Origin: Escherichia coli | GTDB taxonomy: Bacteria > Pseudomonadota > Gammaproteobacteria > Enterobacterales > Enterobacteriaceae | NCBI RefSeq assembly: GCF_009931435.1 | Contig: NZ_CP043414.1 | Length of the DNA stretch: 64,000 bases | Reading direction: 5' to 3' (one strand) | In this document: piece after piece, positions 55,958 to 64,000 of the stretch | How positions within the stretch are numbered: the first letter of the stretch is position 1 | How the letters are laid out: the number at the start of each line of letters is the position of its first letter | Made by a program: the position numbers and the translations under genes | Notes under the pieces: model-generated | Told to the model about the DNA's origin: nothing | The model's database searches: none | What the model saw: the letters and a program-made list of their open reading frames with translations, nothing else

Positions 55958-56659
55958 CTGAACACACCGGCACAGCTCTCTTTGCCACTTTATCTTCCTG
56001 ACGACGAAACCTTTGCAAGTTTCTGGCCGGGGGATAACTCCTCTTTACTGGCCGCGCTGCAAAACGTGCTGCGTCAGGAACATAGCGGTTACATCTATCT
56101 CTGGGCACGCGAAGGCGCGGGGCGCAGCCATCTGCTGCACGCGGCTTGCGCGGAATTGTCGCAGCGTGGCGATGCGGTGGGCTATGTCCCGCTGGATAAA
56201 CGCACCTGGTTTGTTCCGGAAGTGCTCGACGGTATGGAGCATTTGTCGCTGGTCTGTATCGACAACATTGAGTGTATTGCAGGCGATGAGTTGTGGGAGA
56301 TGGCGATTTTCGATCTCTACAATCGAATTCTGGAATCGGGTAAAACACGGTTGTTAATCACCGGCGATCGTCCACCGCGGCAGTTGAATCTGGGATTACC
56401 GGATCTCGCGTCGCGACTCGACTGGGGGCAGATCTACAAATTGCAGCCTCTTTCTGATGAAGATAAGTTGCAGGCGCTACAGTTACGCGCGCGTTTGCGT
56501 GGTTTTGAACTGCCGGAAGATGTGGGGCGTTTCTTGCTGAAGCGGCTCGACAGAGAGATGCGCACGTTATTTATGACGTTGGATCAGTTGGATCGTGCGT
56601 CGATTACCGCGCAACGTAAGCTGACCATTCCGTTTGTGAAAGAAATTCTGAAACTGTAG
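55958..56659 (+). CDS. hda: DnaA-inactivating protein Hda (RIDA); probable non-AUG (CTG) start
   Basis: ORF 55913-56659 (GTG at 55913); product ...[19 protein letters not shown]...; AAA+ core; CTG at 55958 would give the 233-aa form I recall. Confidence 0.85.
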
Positions 56660-56674
56660 ACAAGACGTTTATCG

Positions 56675-56736
56675 TCGGATGCGCGCCCATCGTATTCGTA
56701 GGCCGGATAAGACGCGGCAAGCGTCGTATCCGGCAA
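56675..56736. repeat. REP element(s) downstream of hda (gccggataagacgcggcaagcgtcgtatccggca)
   Basis: Canonical REP palindrome read directly in the hda-yfgD intergenic region. Confidence 0.75.
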
Positions 56737-56764
56737 CGTGACTTAACTCGCGAAAGGGCGCATA

Positions 56765-57124
56765 TTAACCCACGATTTCCAGTACCTGCTCCGGTGGACG
56801 ACCAATCCGCGCTTTGCCATTGGCGACCACAATTGGGCGCTCCATTAGCTTCGGATTATCCACCATTGCCTGAATCAGCGCCTCTTCGCTAAGCGAACTG
56901 TCAGTCAGGTTCAGCTCTTTATAAAGATCCTCTTTCTGGCGCATCAACTCACGGGCACTATTCATCCCAAGCATTTTAAGCAAATCGCGCAGCGTTGCCG
57001 CATCGGCGGGTGTCTCAAGGTAGAGCACCACTTCTGGCTCCACGCCGTTTTCTTTCAGCAGGTTCAGCGTTTCCCGGCTCTTTGAACAGCGTGGATTATG
57101 GTAGATTTTTACCTGTTTGGTCAT
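56765..57124 (-). CDS. yfgD: ArsC-family protein YfgD (Spx/ArsC-like thioredoxin fold)
   Basis: 119-aa ORF MTKQVKIYHNPRCSKSRETL...; conserved N-terminal Cys. Confidence 0.85.
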   Translation of the reverse strand: MTKQVKIYHNPRCSKSRETLNLLKENGVEPEVVLYLETPADAATLRDLLKMLGMNSARELMRQKEDLYKELNLTDSSLSEEALIQAMVDNPKLMERPIVVANGKARIGRPPEQVLEIVG

Positions 57125-57144
57125 GGTTCTTCCTTTAATGCGAA

Positions 57145-58608
57145 TTACATCTTGGTATAAGGCTTAAAGCGTTCCTGCAGCTGGCGCAACTGGTCGATGC
57201 GCGCATCGTAACGTGCTTGTTGCAGGCTGCCTAATTTCACCTGAGAACTGGCGCTACTCAACAAGGAAATGGCCTGATCGAGTCGCCCGGCGAGCGCATA
57301 ACCTTCTGCTCGCGCAGCCAGTTCCTGATCGCGGTTATTTAGTGCGGCTTCCGCCTGTGCCAGTAAATCCCAGCCGTTGCTGTCATCTTTATTGTTAAAA
57401 GTGTAGCGATTCAGAATATTGGCCGCTTCCTGTGGTTGCCCCCCTTGCAGATAAGCGTTCGCCAGGTTGAGCTGCAACACCGGATTGGTGCGCAAATCGC
57501 GGGCATTTTTCAGGCGATTGATAGCGTCATTGGCTTTGTTTTGCCCAAGGTCGATATCGGTAGCCAGATCGAGATACCATGCGTTGCCAGGTTCTGCCGC
57601 CAGTAACGGTTGCAGCGTTTTACGCGCTTCGTCGTATTTATTGGCTTCCATCGCCTGTAAAGCACGACCATATTGCGCCGCTCGTTGCTGACGAACGTTT
57701 CCTTTCGCCCATTCATCCAGCAAATCACTGGTGAGCTGATTACGTCCGGAATTATACATCCCCAGTGTGCGCGCTTTCGCCAGATAGAAATCCTCCGACG
57801 ACTGCACCACCATCGGGCGCATCTGATTAGCACGGTTGCGGGCATCTGCCAGACGACTTTCCGGCAACGGGTGAGTCAACAAAATTTCCGGTGGACGCGA
57901 GGAGTAACGTGCCTGATCGAGCAATTTTTCGAGGAAGGTCGGCATCGCCTGCGGATCGAATCCTGAGCGTTGCAGCACCTGAATACCAATGCGATCCGCT
58001 TCCTGTTCATTTTGCTGGGTGAAGCTGATCATCCCCTGGCGCGTTCCCGCCAGTGTACCGGTCAGCGCTGCCATCCCCGCCTGCGGACTGGCCATCGCCA
58101 GTAAAATAGAACCTAACGCGCCGACCCAGGTCAGCGGCGCGCTGCGCTGTTGATCTTCCATCGCTCGCGCCAGGTGACGTTGGGTGACGTGGGAGATTTC
58201 GTGCGCCATAACTGAAGCCAGTTGACTTTCGTTATCGGAATAACGGAACAGGGCAGAGTGCAGCACCACGTTGCCGCCAAAGAAAGCAAAGGCGTTAATT
58301 TCGTCGTTGTTGATCAGAAAAAAATGAAACGGTGTCTTAACCGAATTGGCATGCGAAACCAGACGCATTCCTAGTGAATTAATGTACTGCGTTAATAGTG
58401 GATCATTAATTAACGGCGCGCTACCGCGTAGCTGGCGGACATAATAGTCGCCCATCTGCATTTCCTGACCAATGGAAAGCGTGCTTCCTGCGGAGGTTCC
58501 CATATCCGGCAAGGTGTCTGCACTATCGGCAAACGCCGGGGCTACCTGACCAATGGTCATGGCAGCAATGAGGGTTGCAACCAGGTTTTTTTTCAACTGC
58601 CTGAACAT
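57145..58608 (-). CDS. bepA: Periplasmic beta-barrel assembly-enhancing protease BepA (M48 peptidase with TPR)
   Basis: 487-aa ORF; signal peptide; zinc-metalloprotease motif HEISHV; C-terminal TPR-like repeats. Confidence 0.9.
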   Translation of the reverse strand: MFRQLKKNLVATLIAAMTIGQVAPAFADSADTLPDMGTSAGSTLSIGQEMQMGDYYVRQLRGSAPLINDPLLTQYINSLGMRLVSHANSVKTPFHFFLINNDEINAFAFFGGNVVLHSALFRYSDNESQLASVMAHEISHVTQRHLARAMEDQQRSAPLTWVGALGSILLAMASPQAGMAALTGTLAGTRQGMISFTQQNEQEADRIGIQVLQRSGFDPQAMPTFLEKLLDQARYSSRPPEILLTHPLPESRLADARNRANQMRPMVVQSSEDFYLAKARTLGMYNSGRNQLTSDLLDEWAKGNVRQQRAAQYGRALQAMEANKYDEARKTLQPLLAAEPGNAWYLDLATDIDLGQNKANDAINRLKNARDLRTNPVLQLNLANAYLQGGQPQEAANILNRYTFNNKDDSNGWDLLAQAEAALNNRDQELAARAEGYALAGRLDQAISLLSSASSQVKLGSLQQARYDARIDQLRQLQERFKPYTKM

Positions 58609-58820
58609 AACCTCTGTCCTGTGTTTCTGGAGATAGTCATTTGACCGATACTGTGAAATATCGTTCCCACCGCGCCGCCTTTGAGTGTAACGGCGAAGAT
58701 TAGCCCACTCAAATGACTTTTCAGTTTCCTGAATTCGTCATAAAAAGCGAAGTCTTTTTTGTGACATTTCGATACAATTGCGGATCGCAATCCCGCTCTT
58801 GAGGTTCAGGGAAGGTCTTT

Positions 58821-59882
58821 ATGCTCGAAATGTTGATGCAATGGTATCGCCGCCGTTTTAGTGACCCGGAAGCGATTGCCTTGCTGGTTATTTTAGTTGC
58901 CGGATTTGGCATTATCTTTTTCTTTAGCGGCCTACTCGCACCGTTGCTGGTGGCGATTGTGCTGGCCTATTTACTGGAATGGCCAACCGTGCGCCTACAA
59001 TCAATAGGCTGCTCCCGACGTTGGGCGACATCGATTGTATTGGTCGTTTTCGTCGGTATTTTGCTGCTGATGGCGTTCGTGGTAATGCCTATCGCCTGGC
59101 AACAGGGCATCTACTTAATCCGTGATATGCCGGGGATGCTCAATAAGCTCTCTGATTTTGCCGCCACGTTGCCGCGCCGCTATCCGGCGTTAATGGATGC
59201 GGGGATTATTGATGCAATGGCCGAAAATATGCGCAGCCGAATGCTCACCATGGGCGATTCGGTGGTGAAAATTTCCCTCGCCTCGCTGGTCGGTTTGCTG
59301 ACCATTGCCGTCTATCTGGTGCTGGTGCCATTGATGGTCTTCTTCCTGCTGAAAGACAAAGAGCAAATGTTGAACGCCGTTCGCCGGGTGCTGCCGCGTA
59401 ACCGTGGTCTGGCAGGCCAGGTGTGGAAGGAGATGAATCAACAAATCACCAACTATATCCGTGGGAAAGTGCTGGAGATGATCGTGGTGGGGATTGCCAC
59501 CTGGCTGGGATTCTTACTCTTCGGGCTGAACTATTCGCTGCTGCTGGCGGTGCTGGTCGGCTTCTCGGTACTTATTCCGTACATTGGTGCATTTGTGGTG
59601 ACCATTCCGGTGGTTGGCGTGGCGCTATTCCAGTTTGGTGCTGGCACGGAATTCTGGAGCTGCTTCGCGGTGTATCTGATCATTCAGGCGCTGGACGGCA
59701 ACCTGTTAGTACCTGTGTTGTTCTCCGAAGCGGTTAACCTGCATCCGCTGGTCATTATTTTATCAGTAGTGATCTTCGGTGGTTTGTGGGGATTCTGGGG
59801 CGTATTCTTCGCCATTCCATTGGCGACGCTGATCAAAGCCGTGATTCACGCCTGGCCCGATGGGCAAATCGCGCAAGAATAA
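58821..59882 (+). CDS. perM: AI-2E-family transporter PerM (YfgO)
   Basis: 353-aa polytopic membrane ORF; conserved position between bepA and focB. Confidence 0.85.
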   Translation: MLEMLMQWYRRRFSDPEAIALLVILVAGFGIIFFFSGLLAPLLVAIVLAYLLEWPTVRLQSIGCSRRWATSIVLVVFVGILLLMAFVVMPIAWQQGIYLIRDMPGMLNKLSDFAATLPRRYPALMDAGIIDAMAENMRSRMLTMGDSVVKISLASLVGLLTIAVYLVLVPLMVFFLLKDKEQMLNAVRRVLPRNRGLAGQVWKEMNQQITNYIRGKVLEMIVVGIATWLGFLLFGLNYSLLLAVLVGFSVLIPYIGAFVVTIPVVGVALFQFGAGTEFWSCFAVYLIIQALDGNLLVPVLFSEAVNLHPLVIILSVVIFGGLWGFWGVFFAIPLATLIKAVIHAWPDGQIAQE

Positions 59883-59886
59883 TCTT

Positions 59887-59925
59887 CAGCCCGACGAACT
59901 GTTTCGCCGGGCTGATTTTTAGGGT
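59887..59925. terminator. Hairpin (cagcccg ... cgggctg then atttttagg) between perM and focB
   Basis: Inverted repeat with T-run in the 36-nt gap between convergent perM and focB. Confidence 0.55.
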
Positions 59926-60767
59926 TCCTGACGTAAATAAATAGCCCGATAACAAATACTCACCAGCACTGCACCGCCGATAATATTACCCAGCATCACC
60001 GGGAGCAGATTGGCGGTAATAAAATGGCTGACCGTCAGTGCCGGAAAATTGTCTGCGCTACTGTGCGCCAGTTGCCAGAAGGAGGTAGGGGCGAAATGGC
60101 GAATGGCAATGGCGAACGGAATCACAAACAAATTGGCGATACAGTGCTCAAAGCCACTGGCGACAAACAGGGTGATGGGCAAAATCATGGCGACGATTTT
60201 GTCGCATAATGAACGTCCGCAATAACTCATCCACAGCGCCAGACAAACCATCAGATTGCACATAATGCCGAGGCTGACTGATTCAGTAAATGTATGATGC
60301 ATTTTGCCCTCGGCGCAGTGTAAAACCGCGACTCCCCACATCGCGTTTTCACTCATCACCAGCCCGGAAAACCAGATTAACAAACTGAAACAGGCAATAC
60401 CTGCCAGATTACCGCAGGCCACCAGAAGTGCATTAATCAGCCATGTTCGCAAGCTAATAACGCCCCGACTTTTTGCCATCACCGTCATTACCGACGAGGT
60501 GAACAGGCTGGTGCCGCAAACCGCCAGCAAAATAAAGCCGAGTGTAAAGCAAAGGCCACCCACCAGATGGGTTAATGCCTGTGAAGACGGGGCATCGGCG
60601 ATAACGGTAAGGTAAAAAGTAAATCCGATCGCCATAAACACGCCTGCGGACATCGCCATTAAAAAGACCGACACTTTGCTGCGGGCAATTTTATGGGCGG
60701 CAATCCGTTCAGCGATTGCCGCTTTTCTGGCGCTCAACTGCAAGTCGAAAGAGAGTTTGTTTCTCAT
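59919..60767 (-). CDS. focB: Formate channel FocB (formate/nitrite transporter family)
   Basis: 282-aa polytopic ORF downstream of hyfR on the same strand. Confidence 0.85.
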   Translation of the reverse strand: MRNKLSFDLQLSARKAAIAERIAAHKIARSKVSVFLMAMSAGVFMAIGFTFYLTVIADAPSSQALTHLVGGLCFTLGFILLAVCGTSLFTSSVMTVMAKSRGVISLRTWLINALLVACGNLAGIACFSLLIWFSGLVMSENAMWGVAVLHCAEGKMHHTFTESVSLGIMCNLMVCLALWMSYCGRSLCDKIVAMILPITLFVASGFEHCIANLFVIPFAIAIRHFAPTSFWQLAHSSADNFPALTVSHFITANLLPVMLGNIIGGAVLVSICYRAIYLRQEP

Positions 60768-60788
60768 GCATACTCCTGCAAAAACAGA

Positions 60789-62804
60789 TTACAACACCTC
60801 GCGAACCGAGATCCCCAGCCGCTGCATTCGTGACAGCAGCGTGGTGCGCTTCATCCCTAATCGCGTCGCCGCGCCACGGGGCCCGGCAACAATGCCATTG
60901 GTTTCTCGCAATACCTGAACAATGCGCTGACGTTCTTCTTCGTCATTCTCTGGCGTCGTCGGGTGCAGTAACTGCGCCATTGAACTGCGAAGCGCCGAAT
61001 TTTCATTTAACGTCGGCAGTAAACGGCTTTGTCGGACATTAAGATGTAAATTCAGACTGTTACCGCGAGTCAGTAGTACCGCTCGCTCAATCACGTTTTC
61101 CAGCTCGCGCACGTTGCCCGGCCAGTCCCACGACATCAACTGGCGTAGCGCCTCGGTCGGGATGGCGTCAATTGCGCGATTCATATGGCGCGCCATTTTT
61201 TGCGTGAAATGCTTTGCTAAAAGAGGGATATCTTCCGGACGGTCGCGCAGTGGCGGCAGTTCCAGTGGGAAGACATTCAGGCGATAAAAGAGATCGCTGC
61301 GAAACTGGCGATCTTCAACCATTTGCCACAAATCACGGTTGGTGGCGGCAATGACTCTGACATTCACCGGGATCGTTCTACTCCCACCGAGACGCTCAAT
61401 TTCCCGCTCCTGTAATACGCGTAGCAGTTTGGGCTGAAGTTCTAACGGCAGATCGCCAATTTCATCGAGAAATAACGTGCCGCCATCGGCAATTTCAAAA
61501 CGACCACGATGAGTGTTAATCGCGCCAGTAAATGCCCCTTTGTCGTGACCGAATAACTCACTTTCCAGAAGACTGGCGGGGATAGCGGCGCAGTTGATTT
61601 TGACCAGCGGCTTGTCGCGTCGCGGGCTCAGTTGATGGATCGCCCTGGCGATCACCTCTTTGCCGGTTCCGGTTTCACCACAAATCAACACCGTACTGTC
61701 GCTCTTCGCCACAATATCTACCTGCTGGAGTAAATCTTCCATTGCCTGGCTTTGGTAGATAATGTCACCGACGCCCAGATTCGAAAGGAGCTGCTCGCTA
61801 AGCTGGTGGTTTTCTTGCTGCAAGCTTTCCTGCAAATCGGTCATGCTGCGCCAGGCATCGGCATTGCCAACGGCAATAGCGATGCGATCGGCAATATGTT
61901 GTAGTAGCTGGCAGTTTTCCTCACTAAAGAGAGTGGGAGAGGTATGCGCCAGCAACAATGCACCCGGTGTATGGTTGCCAAAGGTGAGCGGTATAAGGAG
62001 CGCAGATTCGCAGCCGTTAGATGCAAGTAAGTGTAATAACGGGTCGCGTTGCCAGAGAAACAGATCGTCTGCACGGTGCGTCAAGGTCGGTTGTCGGGTT
62101 TGTAGCGTTTGTGTCAGCAATACACTTTCGCCAGGCATACAGCGTGGCAGACACGCACAATGTGAGGCAGAAAGATCGCTGCACCACAGGCTGAACTTCT
62201 CGTTCTTTCGATGATCGCCCAGTACCATACTGACTGAAGCCAGACCGAAAAAATGATGGATCTCACGAGCGACGTCAGCGATCAGATCGTCGAGATCAAG
62301 ATGTGACAACACTGCATTAGTGATATCCACCAGTACCCGATGATGATCGCGATCTTTCTCCAGCAAACGCAGCGCCACCTGCTGTTCTTCATCATTGAGC
62401 CATGATTGCAGAACCGGAGTGATTATGTGTGCCAGCCAGTTAAACAGTGTGCAATCCTGGGGAGTAAAACGACTGCCGTGGGTGCGAATAAAGCGTAGCT
62501 CCGCCATTCCACTACTGCCGAGAAGGACGGCGTGGCGCGAATAATCGACCATCTCGCCCTGATACTCTGTTGTTGCCGTCACATCGCTGCCATCATCATG
62601 GTAGCGGTAATAGAAGTTGCTTTTGAGAACATGCAGTTCAATAAGTTGTACCGGGCTGAACGGCGGCGGCAGCGGGATGAAGGCGCGTAATAAAGACGCC
62701 TTGCCGTGTTTCTGCGCTAACCGCTCCGCGAGCATTCCGTTTACCGCTTCAATTGTTATTCCTTGTGGCGGGGCAAACATCGCCTCGTCTGACATAGCCA
62801 TCAA
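60789..62804 (-). CDS. hyfR: Sigma-54-dependent transcriptional activator HyfR (formate-sensing)
   Basis: 671-aa ORF (tandem Met start, MMAMSDEAMF...); AAA+ sigma-54 activator motifs GETGTGKE and GAFTGA; C-terminal HTH. Confidence 0.9.
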   Translation of the reverse strand: MMAMSDEAMFAPPQGITIEAVNGMLAERLAQKHGKASLLRAFIPLPPPFSPVQLIELHVLKSNFYYRYHDDGSDVTATTEYQGEMVDYSRHAVLLGSSGMAELRFIRTHGSRFTPQDCTLFNWLAHIITPVLQSWLNDEEQQVALRLLEKDRDHHRVLVDITNAVLSHLDLDDLIADVAREIHHFFGLASVSMVLGDHRKNEKFSLWCSDLSASHCACLPRCMPGESVLLTQTLQTRQPTLTHRADDLFLWQRDPLLHLLASNGCESALLIPLTFGNHTPGALLLAHTSPTLFSEENCQLLQHIADRIAIAVGNADAWRSMTDLQESLQQENHQLSEQLLSNLGVGDIIYQSQAMEDLLQQVDIVAKSDSTVLICGETGTGKEVIARAIHQLSPRRDKPLVKINCAAIPASLLESELFGHDKGAFTGAINTHRGRFEIADGGTLFLDEIGDLPLELQPKLLRVLQEREIERLGGSRTIPVNVRVIAATNRDLWQMVEDRQFRSDLFYRLNVFPLELPPLRDRPEDIPLLAKHFTQKMARHMNRAIDAIPTEALRQLMSWDWPGNVRELENVIERAVLLTRGNSLNLHLNVRQSRLLPTLNENSALRSSMAQLLHPTTPENDEEERQRIVQVLRETNGIVAGPRGAATRLGMKRTTLLSRMQRLGISVREVL

Positions 62805-62830
62805 CAGTCCTTATTAATGAGAAATCCTTC

Positions 62831-63244
62831 TCATGCAATTTTTCTGGCCATCATATAGATGGCCGGTTCCTGCACAATTTCATCCAACAGATGAATGAAT
62901 TGAATGCTACGCGCCTGCCACACAGACGTCGCGTCATCTGCCAGTGGCGCGAATGCCCGGGTCAACAGGGCGGTGTGGCTGGCGTCAATAACAATCTCAC
63001 CAAAGGTCATCACCCCCAGCATCTTACGTCGGGCTTGCTCCTCTTCGACCTGTGCAAGCCAATCTTCGTATTCCGTCTGTGGGCAGCGGAAGGCGACATT
63101 CAGACAATCAATCACGCCAACGTGATGACCGATAGCCAACGAGTAATACATTACCTGGGAGCTGTGTTCCGGCATCTCGTCGCTACTGGCGATAAATTTT
63201 TTTCGCAGCGTCCAGAAAACAATTTCCCCGCACTCCTCAGCCAT
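62831..63244 (-). CDS. hyfJ: Hydrogenase-4 component J (HycH-like maturation factor)
   Basis: 137-aa ORF; start overlaps hyfI stop by 8 nt; position in the hyf operon. Confidence 0.85.
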   Translation of the reverse strand: MAEECGEIVFWTLRKKFIASSDEMPEHSSQVMYYSLAIGHHVGVIDCLNVAFRCPQTEYEDWLAQVEEEQARRKMLGVMTFGEIVIDASHTALLTRAFAPLADDATSVWQARSIQFIHLLDEIVQEPAIYMMARKIA

Positions 63245-63995
63245 GTAACCCCCGGAGAACGCGAAAGAGTTGCTGAACGATACTATTGAGACGCGGATCG
63301 TCGGCTTCGCGCAACCAGGTGTTAACCCGATTTCCTGTAGGATCGTCGCTTAAATGGCGCAGGAGCCGATCGCAAATTTCTCGCCCCTGACGATAGCCCG
63401 CCAGCCGCCTCGCTTCTCGCTCAATGGCGATACGCTGTGATGGCGGGATCTGCGGCCACAGCGGTTGCATGGTCACCCCGGTGGGATCGCGATAATCCAC
63501 CGCGTGAATCTTCTGTTGTAGCAAACCGAGCGCCACGGCGAAACCGTGAATGGTGGCGGCCGGTGTTGGCGGGCAGCCGGGGATCCAAACATCAATGGGG
63601 ACAATGGTGTCGCTGCCGCCCCAGACGCTGTAGAGATCGTGGAAAATACCGCCGCCGACACCGCACGCGCCGTAGGAAACACAGATTTTATGATCGGGGG
63701 CAGACTCATATGCCCGAAGTGCAGGCATACGCATCGCCCGGGTGACTGCGCCAGTAAATAACAAAATATCGGCGTGACGCGGTGATGAAACAACCTTAAT
63801 GCCAAAACGTTCTGCGTCGAATACTGGTGTGATGGCGGCAAAAATTTCGATTTCGCAGGCGTTGCAGCCGCCGCAATCGACGCGATAAACGTAGGCCGAG
63901 CGACGGATATCCTGTAACAAATGCTGCTTCATCTTTTGCGTTTGTTCGTCCAGCGTGATGGGCTGGCTGACATGTTGCGTAAGCACTGGACTCAT
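63237..63995 (-). CDS. hyfI: Hydrogenase-4 small subunit I (NuoB-like Fe-S subunit)
   Basis: 252-aa ORF with cysteine ligand motifs CGGC...C and GCPP; remaining 5 nt of window belong to the upstream hyf gene. Confidence 0.85.
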   Translation of the reverse strand: MSPVLTQHVSQPITLDEQTQKMKQHLLQDIRRSAYVYRVDCGGCNACEIEIFAAITPVFDAERFGIKVVSSPRHADILLFTGAVTRAMRMPALRAYESAPDHKICVSYGACGVGGGIFHDLYSVWGGSDTIVPIDVWIPGCPPTPAATIHGFAVALGLLQQKIHAVDYRDPTGVTMQPLWPQIPPSQRIAIEREARRLAGYRQGREICDRLLRHLSDDPTGNRVNTWLREADDPRLNSIVQQLFRVLRGLHG

Positions 63996-64000
63996 AGCTG

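Overview
Enterobacterial (Escherichia coli-like) chromosomal segment, colinear with the K-12 iscU-to-hyfI region as I recall it (recognised from protein sequences; no search was run). Core genes in order: iscU(3' end), iscA, hscB, hscA, fdx, iscX, pepB, sseB, ryfA locus, sseA, yfhM-pbpC, ndk, rlmN, rodZ, ispG, hisS, yfgM, bamB, der, yfgJ, xseA, guaBA, yfgI, yfgH, yfgG, pdeF, ppx-ppk, purMN, upp-uraA, hda, yfgD, bepA, perM, focB, hyfR, hyfJ, hyfI. Two accessory insertions interrupt this backbone. (1) About 11.7 kb between yfgJ and xseA (24136-35816) encodes a sinH-like intimin/invasin-type outer-membrane protein, a sinI-like secreted paralog and a 2694-aa RatA/RatB-like protein built from nine tandem 268-287-aa repeats. 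(2) About 3.4 kb of AT-rich DNA between guaA and yfgI (40459-43868) encodes an OLD-family-like ABC-ATPase/TOPRIM protein, a DDE transposase remnant and a two-TM protein with a CheY-like receiver-like domain. I cannot assign insertion (2) to a named system and it is the best candidate here for an undescribed defence module. No rRNA, tRNA or CRISPR array was seen. Gene starts were refined by eye and may be off by a few codons; terminator and REP calls are from visual inspection of inverted repeats.
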